DNA from: Nitrospirota bacterium
GTDB taxonomy: Bacteria > Nitrospirota > UBA9217
DNA length: 14,279 nucleotides
NCBI GenBank assembly: GCA_035623825.1
Contig: DASPSR010000038.1
Span: 1 to 14,279 of the forward strand
Direction of reading: 5' to 3'
Within the stretch, counting starts at the first letter, position 1; each line of letters opens with the position of its first letter. Of the stretch, positions 7,053 to 14,279 are shown piece after piece. A program made the position numbers and the translations under genes. The notes below the pieces were generated by a model that was given only the letters and a program-made list of their open reading frames with translations, ran no database searches and was not told the DNA's origin.

Positions 7053-7367
7053 TTATTCCGAGCCTACTTCGCCTGAGCCAAACTTGGGGTTTTTTGCCTT
7101 ACACGCGGCTACAAGACCTGTATCGACCGACGGCAGTGCCTTTGCGGCGCCTGACACAGTTGTTTTTCCCTGCATGATGGGGTCGATACAGTCTCTCCAC
7201 AGGCCATAACCTTCCTTATACATTCCTTTGACGAAGCCCGCGTCTTGGCAGGCTTTAAGGATTTGATGGCATGGCCCGTGCACTTTGCCCTCTTGTTTGG
7301 GAGCTGCAAATGCCGTGGTTGAAAAGGCAAATGATGCTACAATGGCCAGGATAATGGATGCTTTCAT
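7053..7367 (-). CDS. Small secreted hypothetical protein with four Cys
   Basis: Start revised to ATG 7367 (GGAGGA at 7375-7380), giving 104 aa. Sec signal MKASIILAIVASFAFSTTAFA. Mature region PCHQILKAC...LWRDCIDP...VAACKAK. Confidence 0.8.
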   Translation of the reverse strand: MKASIILAIVASFAFSTTAFAAPKQEGKVHGPCHQILKACQDAGFVKGMYKEGYGLWRDCIDPIMQGKTTVSGAAKALPSVDTGLVAACKAKNPKFGSGEVGSE

Positions 7368-7680
7368 GACGAGTTCCTCCATTAAGTCGGTGAAACTGAA
7401 TTTCGCGGGCATCGGTCTGCAACGTCATCTATACGTCACCTCTGATTTTACGGGCAGCTACATCAAATAGATAATAAATGATTAACAGGGGGATAATCTT
7501 AGTCACCATCCTGGTGGCAATCGAGACTACTCATGCGCCTTTTAAACAAAATAGATTATATATAATAAGACCGACGCACACGTACGATAGGCATTTTATG
7601 ATGAACCAGAGCTTTCGTTTCTTATCCATTCTTTGAACCTCTATAGACATATATCTTGAATAGACACATCTCTGCTCCAG

Positions 7681-8286
7681 TTAATTCTGCCCTTCCTCCG
7701 TCTTTTGCTCCTTCTCAAATAGCGCATCAAGTTTTTTCATCACTTGGGCGGCCTTCCTCCCCCTTTCCGCTGATTGCTGCTTCGCATTATCTAAGGCGTT
7801 TCCAGTTACACCGACGATTGTGAGTGCATCCTTTCCATGGGCAAAAACGAGATAAAGGGATACTATGGCGATGAGAGCATTGCGTACGATAGAAGTCAGT
7901 TTCTCGTTCTTTTTCATCTCGGCTTGATTTCTTATAATGTAGAAGACCAGGATTGAACCGATGATGACACATCCTGAAATCATCAATCTGTAGCTGAAGG
8001 AGAGTGCAACGTGTTTTTGCGAGGTCTCCTGTGCAGCAGATATTGACGGTTCACGCCCGCTTTCAGCAGCGGCAGGTATTCGAGCCTTTGCAGGTTCATC
8101 TTTCGATTCGTCTTGAACAATTAGAGCAGATGCCCTGTATTGTTCCGGGATAACCTGAAGATTGTCCGCAAAGCATAGTTTGCCGTCTTTATCCACATAT
8201 TTATAAATGACCGCCATGCTGTTAGAAACGAATACTATTGAAAGGAGGCAATGAAGAGCAACAGCCATTATAACTATTTTTTTCAT
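7681..8286 (-). CDS. DUF4124-type N-terminal domain protein with two C-terminal TM helices
   Basis: GGAG RBS and signal peptide ending SMA. IYKYVDKDGKLCFADNLQVIPEQYR resembles the DUF4124 motif. Ala/Glu/Pro linker, then two hydrophobic segments (LMISGCVIIGSILVFYII; ALIAIVSLYLVFA). Confidence 0.75.
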   Translation of the reverse strand: MKKIVIMAVALHCLLSIVFVSNSMAVIYKYVDKDGKLCFADNLQVIPEQYRASALIVQDESKDEPAKARIPAAAESGREPSISAAQETSQKHVALSFSYRLMISGCVIIGSILVFYIIRNQAEMKKNEKLTSIVRNALIAIVSLYLVFAHGKDALTIVGVTGNALDNAKQQSAERGRKAAQVMKKLDALFEKEQKTEEGQN

Positions 8287-8317
8287 ACAGGATCACTCCG
8301 TAGTTATCGTATTGTAT

Positions 8318-8347
8318 TTTATATCTTTTTTCTGTTAAATATTGCAA
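8318..8347 (-). promoter_or_regulatory. Putative sigma70 promoter for the DUF4124-type gene
   Basis: Minus strand TTGCAA (8347-8342), 18 nt, TATAAA (8323-8318), about 30 nt upstream of the ATG. The context is AT-rich, so a chance match is possible. Confidence 0.35.
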
Positions 8348-8417
8348 CAGTTATCATTCTTATCGGAGTCTTCTGATTTAACTTTAAGGGAAAAGGCGGG
8401 GATTTAAGGAGTTTTAT

Positions 8418-8567
8418 ATGTGTATACCATGTAAAAAAATTCCGAATGAAAAGTGGATATTCTGGGAGGTGAGGTCGCAAAAATCAACGTTTCGGGAAAG
8501 CCACATTTCAGGCCATACTCATTATCAGAATTGCACGTTCATGTCGTCAAGGCACCATAATGTTTAA
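8418..8567 (+). CDS. Possible small protein (49 aa) with N-terminal CxxC and His-rich C-terminus
   Basis: AAGGAG at 8406-8411, ATG at 8418, TAA at 8565-8567: MCIPCKKIPNEKWIFWEVRSQKSTFRESHISGHTHYQNCTFMSSRHHNV. Fits in the intergenic gap without overlap. No recognised homology. Confidence 0.25.
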   Translation: MCIPCKKIPNEKWIFWEVRSQKSTFRESHISGHTHYQNCTFMSSRHHNV

Positions 8568-8607
8568 GAATCATTTTAATGCAGCACCCGAAGATTTCAT
8601 ATCATAT

Positions 8608-10344
8608 TTAATACGAGTAGTAAGGTCCGGTGCCGACGCTCGACGTCTTTCCCTCAATTCCCACGAAGATATTACGTCCAAAGAAAAGTGGAATTCCCCA
8701 ATCGAACTGATTTGGTGATGATGATCCGCCGATATTGGAGAATGCGTTGTTGGACGAATTGGTAAGGCTGGTGAAGTTTTCTATTTGGAAGAGAACCTCA
8801 CCGCTCGGTGATCCCGAGGCCCCTTCGTTCACTGCGGAAAGGGTCGTCGTGGACGAGGGACAGAACCATCCGGAATCGGAAGACGGGCAATCAGGGAGAA
8901 GGCCTGTTGAGGGAGGGGCGAAAAACAGGCCGTTTGAGCCGCTGTCGATAACGCCCGCATAGGAGCCACTGAAATTTGTCACTATTTCACCGTTTGCATC
9001 GGTGTTATACGTAGTAATCCCGGAAGGGACATTGTTGGTCTTTGTGCCGATCCCAAGCACAAGAATTCCGTTGACTGAGGGCGAACCGTTCGAAGGCACA
9101 CTTGTAAGCTGCACACTCACACCGTTATTATCTGCAGGGAGCAGCGCCACTGGATTCTGTACTTGGCTGGAAAGGGGGACTGTTGTGCCCGTGCACGTCG
9201 ATCCGCTGCAGGAGTAATAGATTCCGTTGTTTGCATCGGTTGCGCAGGTTGAACCGCAATCCTCGGTGAAGACGCCGACCCCCAGTATCCCGGTTAAGCC
9301 GGCGACCGAGGGGCTCGTATCCGGGATGCCGCAGGAGCTGGGGACCGTGCCGAAGCTGGAATCTATGACCTGAATTGGAACATTCTGGGCGGTTTCGCCG
9401 CCCAGGGTAACGTCCCCTAACTGAACAGGCCCCCAATCCGACGAGCCGTCACCAAACTGAGTGCACTCGACGACTGATCCGGAACCACCGGTTGCCTGCA
9501 ACTGAGAAAGGGTTACAGGACCCAGGGCCGATCTGAAAATTCGGAGTCCATAGCTGCCCGTATCGAGGAGGATGTCGTCAATCGTCTGGCAGGTGGACGT
9601 ACCGTGAGTGCAGACCGTAACACTGACGCAGGGCTTGTTGATGTAGGAAGCTGAGGTACTGGCCGAACAAAGCGAGCCGTTCACGGTGATCGGAAGCACG
9701 TTGCTGGCAGGCGCGGCATTGCCCCCTGTCACCGTCAGTAAGGCAGATCCCGAGGCGTTCCCTGACCTGGCCGTAATCATTGTTGCAGCTGTTGTGGCCG
9801 TGGAAATTGCGGTCGCCACATTACTGCTGACAGTCGCGACATTGGGGTCCGATGAAGCCCAACTTACCAGTGTCGTGATGTCCCTGGCAGAATTGTCCGA
9901 GTAAGTCCCCGTGGCAGTAAACTTCTCGGTCGTACCGGTCGGAATACTCGATACCGTCGGCTGCACATCAATAGATACAAGCGCCGTAGCGCCCACCGTA
10001 AGGGCAGTAGAGTCCGAGATGCCCCCTAACTCAGCCGTGATCGTCGTTGTGCCCGTAGAGACCGAAGCGGCCAATCCATTGAAATTTGCCGCGTTGCCAA
10101 TAGTTGCGACATTGGCAGCTGATGAAATCCAGCTTACTGATGCCGTGATGTCCCTATCGGAATTATCCGAGAATGTTCCTGTAGCTGTAAACTGTTCGGT
10201 CGTCCCAAGTGCAATGCTCGACCCTGCCGGCGTTATGGCAATTGACCGGAGTGTTGCCGACGGTGTGCCCGATCCGCTGCCACTTGTGCAACCGGCCACC
10301 AGATCTAGAACCAGCAAAAAAAGCTGGATTTTACTTGATTTCAT
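8608..10344 (-). CDS. DUF3443-family lipoprotein with two N-terminal Ig-like (Big_2-type) domains and a pepsin-like aspartic protease fold
   Basis: Start revised to ATG 10344 (AGGAG at 10354-10358). Lipobox VAG-C and two Ig-like repeats. DUF3443-type motifs YINKPCVSVTVC..GTSTCQTID.ILLDTGSYGLRI, ECTQFGDG, WGPV, GILGVG, QVQNPVA, DNNGV, LVLGIGT..NN, IDSGSNG, FDWG.P.FFGR. Confidence 0.88.
   Translation of the reverse strand: MKSSKIQLFLLVLDLVAGCTSGSGSGTPSATLRSIAITPAGSSIALGTTEQFTATGTFSDNSDRDITASVSWISSAANVATIGNAANFNGLAASVSTGTTTITAELGGISDSTALTVGATALVSIDVQPTVSSIPTGTTEKFTATGTYSDNSARDITTLVSWASSDPNVATVSSNVATAISTATTAATMITARSGNASGSALLTVTGGNAAPASNVLPITVNGSLCSASTSASYINKPCVSVTVCTHGTSTCQTIDDILLDTGSYGLRIFRSALGPVTLSQLQATGGSGSVVECTQFGDGSSDWGPVQLGDVTLGGETAQNVPIQVIDSSFGTVPSSCGIPDTSPSVAGLTGILGVGVFTEDCGSTCATDANNGIYYSCSGSTCTGTTVPLSSQVQNPVALLPADNNGVSVQLTSVPSNGSPSVNGILVLGIGTKTNNVPSGITTYNTDANGEIVTNFSGSYAGVIDSGSNGLFFAPPSTGLLPDCPSSDSGWFCPSSTTTLSAVNEGASGSPSGEVLFQIENFTSLTNSSNNAFSNIGGSSSPNQFDWGIPLFFGRNIFVGIEGKTSSVGTGPYYSY
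9730..10254 (-). repeat. Tandem intragenic duplication encoding two Ig-like domains
   Basis: Repeat 1 (about 10254-9994) SIAITP..SSIALGTTEQFTATGTFSDNSDRDITASVSWISS...NVATI. Repeat 2 (about 9984-9730) SIDVQP..SSIPTGTTEKFTATGTYSDNSARDITTLVSWASS...NVATV. Confidence 0.9.
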
Positions 10345-10867
10345 CAACAATCACTCCTGGCGGTATTAAGGCCAACACGTAGGCGCGGCCCCGTAGGTTT
10401 CGCATATGGCCCCATTTCTCGACCACAATCACGTCCGTCTTTACCCGAGAGAATCTGCTGCCCGGCTTGCGTGGCGTCTTCAGCAGAGCCTGATGATATT
10501 CGCCGGCATAGGAACCCAGAAGAGGCGTGAGATCTGGGTGGATCAAGCCATTCCAAGCGATTCCAAATACAACGCCGGATGGCGATATATACTCCCGAAC
10601 GGTGACCGACGCAGAAGTGATCTCCTGAACAGTGTAGCCAGTGTGGATTATTGCAGCGCCTTGCATGGCCGAGAGCGCATTAAGGTCAGACATGACCGAA
10701 TCGGCAGATTCACCGAGTGCAGCTTGAGCTACATGTACTGCCGCAAGAATGGCCGCCAAAATGCCCAGGCAAAAAAACAGGACATAGAATCTTTTTCTCA
10801 AGGTCGTGAGATCCCTCATAATTTTTTGCAAACTACGAAAGCCCGTCTCTGCATTTACCGAGATCAT
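10331..10867 (-). CDS. DUF2844-family secreted protein
   Basis: Start uncertain (10867 or the ATG at 10819). Signal peptide ending AQA-ALG. Motifs YTVQEI...TVREY.SP.G.VFGIAW.G...PDL..LLGSY...Y and GHMR...GRAY....IP.GV...I match DUF2844. The stop overlaps the DUF3443 start by 14 nt, the usual gene order for this pair. Confidence 0.85.
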   Translation of the reverse strand: MISVNAETGFRSLQKIMRDLTTLRKRFYVLFFCLGILAAILAAVHVAQAALGESADSVMSDLNALSAMQGAAIIHTGYTVQEITSASVTVREYISPSGVVFGIAWNGLIHPDLTPLLGSYAGEYHQALLKTPRKPGSRFSRVKTDVIVVEKWGHMRNLRGRAYVLALIPPGVIVDEIK

Positions 10868-10906
10868 TATAACTCTTTGTTTGATCCCGTGCCCATAACA
10901 ATTTCT

Positions 10907-12373
10907 TCAGTGTTCCACCAACCGCTGTGTAGCAGCATCTGACGATAGAGATTCCCATCCGCCCCCCAGCGCCTTGTATAGGGCGACGATATCAGTAATG
11001 ATGTTACCCTCGCTTTGCACTAATGCGTTTTCCGATGCGTAAAGTGATTCTTGAGCAATAAGCACGTTGAGAAAAGCGATTTGGCCTTCGGTGTAAAGCA
11101 GAAGCGACAGGTCCACTGCTTTGCGGTTGGCCGCTGCGGCTTCGGCAAGCGATTTTCGGTGTTCCTGCTCATTTGCAAAAGCAATTAGTGCATTTTCGAC
11201 ATCCTGAAATGCTGCTAGTACTGTTTCCTGGTAGGTGATGAAAGCCTGGTCGCGCAGCGCCTGCTGCAAACGCACATTAGATACAGTAGCGCCTCCCTGG
11301 AAAATCGGCCAACTCAGTGACGGACCGAAAGAGTACGAACGGTTGTTATTGCTAAACCACGAGTGAAGCAGATTACTGTTCCAACTTACCGCGCCGGTCA
11401 GCGAAAACGCGGGGAAAAATTGCGCGACGGCAACACCTATTTGAGCGGTGGCGGCATGGAGTTGTGACTCGGCTTCACGGATGTCGGGACGGCGACGAAG
11501 CAATTCCGAAGGCAGCCCGGCTGGGATTTTCGCCGGCGCGACGGGCAGGTTGCCCGTGGGCGACAATTTTTCCAGCAAATCCGCGGGCGGCCGCGCCAGC
11601 AGCACGCTTAACGCATAAATGGATTGCCGCGCTGATGTTTCAAAGACGGGGATTTGCGACTCTGTCGTAGCGACATTGGCCTCGGCGTTGGCAACATCGA
11701 GGGCACTGCTGAAGCCCACATCGAATAGTTTCCGGGTGATTTCAGCAGTGTGCTGCTGCGCTTCTAAGTTTTTTTTTGCGACCACGATCTGCTGCTGGTA
11801 ACCGCGTAACTGTATATAATCAAGTGCGACTTCGGAGATGAGGCTGACCTGCACATCCCGGATGTTCTCAATGGCGGCCTGGATGTTGGCGTTGGCTGAT
11901 TCTATATTGCGCCGAACACCCCCGAACAGATCGATCTCCCATACGGCATCCAAACCTGACAGATAAAGGTCCTGCGCGTGGTCGTCAGGAGTGACGCCGG
12001 CCGTATGCTGCCTCTGGTAGCTGCCTGAAGCGGTAACGGACGGCCACAAGCCTCCTTTTGCGATCCCGCCCAAAGCACGGGCCTGGCGCAAGCGAGACTC
12101 TGCGATTTGCAGGTTTAGGTTCGTCTTCACCGCTTCCTCGACAAGCTCGTTCAGCGTTGGATCGTTGAACTGCCCCCACCACAGACTGAGTTCAGCCGAC
12201 TGAGCAGTTGCCTCTGATGGTTGGCCTCCCGGCGTCTTCGTCACGCCGACCCACGTGTCAGGTGCTGCTGTCTGCGGTGGATGATAGTCCGGACCCACCA
12301 TGCACCCGCTGGCTAGAAGTAGTAAACCGGCGGCAATTAAGGCGGCAGGACACGCTTGCTTATTCCCATTCAT
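10907..12373 (-). CDS. Efflux transporter outer membrane factor (NodT/OprM/TolC family lipoprotein)
   Basis: Start revised to ATG 12373 (GAGGA overlapping the permease stop). Lipobox LASG-C followed by MVGPDY. Motifs WWGQFNDPTL..LVEEA..N.NLQIA..R, WEIDLFGG.RR, GLPSELLRRRPDIREAE, AFQDVENAL, LYKALGGGW. Confidence 0.95.
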   Translation of the reverse strand: MNGNKQACPAALIAAGLLLLASGCMVGPDYHPPQTAAPDTWVGVTKTPGGQPSEATAQSAELSLWWGQFNDPTLNELVEEAVKTNLNLQIAESRLRQARALGGIAKGGLWPSVTASGSYQRQHTAGVTPDDHAQDLYLSGLDAVWEIDLFGGVRRNIESANANIQAAIENIRDVQVSLISEVALDYIQLRGYQQQIVVAKKNLEAQQHTAEITRKLFDVGFSSALDVANAEANVATTESQIPVFETSARQSIYALSVLLARPPADLLEKLSPTGNLPVAPAKIPAGLPSELLRRRPDIREAESQLHAATAQIGVAVAQFFPAFSLTGAVSWNSNLLHSWFSNNNRSYSFGPSLSWPIFQGGATVSNVRLQQALRDQAFITYQETVLAAFQDVENALIAFANEQEHRKSLAEAAAANRKAVDLSLLLYTEGQIAFLNVLIAQESLYASENALVQSEGNIITDIVALYKALGGGWESLSSDAATQRLVEH

Positions 12374-12383
12374 CACTGCATCC

Positions 12384-13757
12384 TCACTCATATCTGAGCG
12401 CATCGATTGGATCGAGCCGCGATGCCTTCCATGCAGGATAGAAACCAAAAATGACACCCACAACAGCCGAAACTACCACTGAAACCACGATAGCGCCCAT
12501 CGAAGCCGCTGTTGGCCAGTGCAAGACCGATGTGACAATGTACGAAGCGCAGCGTCCCAGGATTATGCCCATCGTGCCGCCGAGAAGGCACAGTACTATG
12601 GCCTCAATCAAAAACTGCCGCAGAATGTCAGCCGGCTCTGCACCCACGGCCATGCGCAGACCGATCTCGCGCGTCCGTTCAGTGACCGAGACGAGCATTA
12701 TGTTCATGATTCCAATGCCGCCGACAATCAGCGATATCATCGCAACGCACAGTAAAAGCTTCGTTATCAATTCTGTCGTAGAACTCATTGCCTTGGTAAT
12801 TTCGGTCATGTCACGTATCGTGAAATCGTTCTCATCGCCGGGCAGAAGATGATGACGCTCCCTGAGCAGCGAGGTCATTTCCTGCATCGCGGCAGGTACC
12901 TGGCCTGCGGACTGGGCCGCCGTCAGTATCTGGTCCACGTTTGTAAAGCGGATTGGCTGCGGCGTGTCGGTCTGCTCCGTTGCTGACGCTGCAGGGTAGA
13001 GGTTCTGCTGGAGATTAGGATAGACCTGGCTCAATGAAGTAACTTCGTTGCCGCTCGCAGTACTTGTACTGCTCTGGTTAGCGGCGGAAAGCGAAGAGGC
13101 CACTACCCGGTATTTGATGGTTGTCCACGGCGCCAGCAGGATATCATCCTGGTCCATGCCCATCATGTTTGCTCCCTTTGGGCCCAAGACGCCTATTACC
13201 TTGAAGGCCACATTCCTTATCCTGATCTCCTTGCCTATGGGAGATTCTCCGCCGAACAGCTGCCTTACGATGGTCTGTCCGATCATGCATACCTTATTCA
13301 CATTCAGAACATCGTGTTCGGTGAACGCTTCGCCGCTGTCAAGATCGGTCCAATCCCGAACCTCCAGAAACGCAGGAGTAGTGCCATAGAGGTAAGTCGG
13401 GACATAGTTGCGATTGCCGTATACGAGTTGGGTGCGGGCGCGCACGATGGGTGCAACACTGCGAATTGAGGGGATCTCTTTGATGATCGCATCGGCGTCC
13501 TGCGGCGTCAGCGTCATTATGCTGCCCATCCCGAAGTTTATGCCGCCTGTGCTTGCGGCCCCCGGAACGACCACAAGAGTGTTGGCGCCCATGCTGGCCA
13601 TGGTACGCTGGATAGCGATAGTCGCTCCATTGCCTATCTCCATCATTGTGATCACCGCCGCAACTCCGATGACTATGCCGAGCGTGGTGAGCATCGTCCT
13701 CATGACATTGAGACGAAGTGAATTTAAAGCCGTTTTCAAGATGCCGCGCCAGTTCAT
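12384..13757 (-). CDS. MacB-type ABC transporter permease (periplasmic core + FtsX domain)
   Basis: GAGAGG RBS. N-terminal TM RTMLTTLGIVIGVAAVITM and large periplasmic domain. Motifs ISLIVGGIGIMNIMLVSVTERTREIGLRMAVGA, QFLIEA, GFYPAWKASRLDPIDALRYE. Confidence 0.95.
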   Translation of the reverse strand: MNWRGILKTALNSLRLNVMRTMLTTLGIVIGVAAVITMMEIGNGATIAIQRTMASMGANTLVVVPGAASTGGINFGMGSIMTLTPQDADAIIKEIPSIRSVAPIVRARTQLVYGNRNYVPTYLYGTTPAFLEVRDWTDLDSGEAFTEHDVLNVNKVCMIGQTIVRQLFGGESPIGKEIRIRNVAFKVIGVLGPKGANMMGMDQDDILLAPWTTIKYRVVASSLSAANQSSTSTASGNEVTSLSQVYPNLQQNLYPAASATEQTDTPQPIRFTNVDQILTAAQSAGQVPAAMQEMTSLLRERHHLLPGDENDFTIRDMTEITKAMSSTTELITKLLLCVAMISLIVGGIGIMNIMLVSVTERTREIGLRMAVGAEPADILRQFLIEAIVLCLLGGTMGIILGRCASYIVTSVLHWPTAASMGAIVVSVVVSAVVGVIFGFYPAWKASRLDPIDALRYE

Positions 13758-13776
13758 ACCGCCTCTCGAAACTCGC

Positions 13777-14279
13777 CTATATCGGGGCTTTTTCTATCAG
13801 GCCATCCTTGATGTAAATGACCCGCCGTGCATGCCGCGCCACGCCGGGATCGTGGGTAACGAGGATAATAGTGATGCCATCGGTGTTATTGAGCTGTTGG
13901 AACATTTGAAGGAGTTCCTCGTTGGTGCGCGAATCGAGGTTCCCGGTCGGCTCATCGGCAAGGAGTACTTGAGGGTTGTTGATCAGCGAGCGTGCGATAG
14001 CCACACGCTGCTGTTGTCCGCCAGAAAGCTGGGAGGGGACGTGATCGAGGCGATCGGCCAGACCTACTTTTTCCAGCAACCCGACGGCACGCTGCTTCTT
14101 TTGGCCCTCACTCAAGTTCTCCCTCGTATAGAGAAGAGGCATCATTACATTCTCCAGAGCGGTTGTGCGCGGCAGCAAGTTGAACGTTTGGAAGACAAAA
14201 CCAATCATGCGGTTTCGCAGTCGCGCCTGCTCCGCTGCATTGAGTCTGGAAATCTCCCTGCCGCCAAGCCAGTACTTTC
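13777..14279 (-). CDS. ABC transporter ATP-binding protein (MacB/LolD-type), 5' end outside the window
   Basis: The frame stays open to the window edge (..KYWLGGREISRLNAAEQARLRNRMIGFVFQ). Q-loop GFVFQ, signature LSGGQQQRVAIAR, Walker B LLADEPTGNLD, H-loop VTHD. Walker A lies beyond the window. Confidence 0.95.
   Translation of the reverse strand, partial: KYWLGGREISRLNAAEQARLRNRMIGFVFQTFNLLPRTTALENVMMPLLYTRENLSEGQKKQRAVGLLEKVGLADRLDHVPSQLSGGQQQRVAIARSLINNPQVLLADEPTGNLDSRTNEELLQMFQQLNNTDGITIILVTHDPGVARHARRVIYIKDGLIEKAPI

Noticed and set aside
7502-7518. Hairpin GTCACCA-TCC-TGGTGGC as a terminator
   Set aside because: Short stem with no U-tract on either strand.
12374-12463. N-terminal 30-aa extension of the outer membrane factor in the ORF track
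   Set aside because: It overlaps the permease 3' end. The RBS and lipoprotein signal indicate the start at 12373.
8735-13492. Numerous antisense or alternate-frame ORFs (e.g. 9911..10369, 10406..10942, 12451..12852, 13048..13389)
   Set aside because: They lie within well-supported genes on the minus strand and carry no independent coding signal.
1-14279. CRISPR array, tRNA, rRNA, IS or phage genes
   Set aside because: No regularly spaced repeats, cloverleaf, or transposase/integrase/phage motifs were seen on reading.

Overview
Bacterial accessory region of mostly exported or envelope proteins, nearly all on the minus strand. From left to right: (1) a sedolisin/kumamolisin-type S53 peptidase (<1..1761, absent from the ORF track because it runs off the window) with an unusual ~50-aa Lys-rich N-terminal tail; (2) a secreted di-haem c protein of the DHOR type; (3) upstream of these, a GEMM-I (c-di-GMP-I-family) riboswitch fused to an intrinsic terminator as an ON switch, with A rather than G at the ligand-discriminating position (the 3',3'-cGAMP 'GEMM-Ib' signature); (4) a divergent periplasmic-binding-domain/PAS/GGEEF diguanylate cyclase; (5) four small genes (lipoprotein, TPR protein, 4-Cys secreted protein, DUF4124-type membrane protein); (6) a DUF2844 / DUF3443 pair, where the DUF3443 lipoprotein has two Ig-like repeats and both Asp motifs of a pepsin-like protease; (7) a TolC/NodT-type outer membrane factor, a MacB-type permease and a 5'-truncated ABC ATPase. 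No rRNA, tRNA, CRISPR array or transposase/integrase was seen. All family calls are from motif recognition by eye, not database searches.
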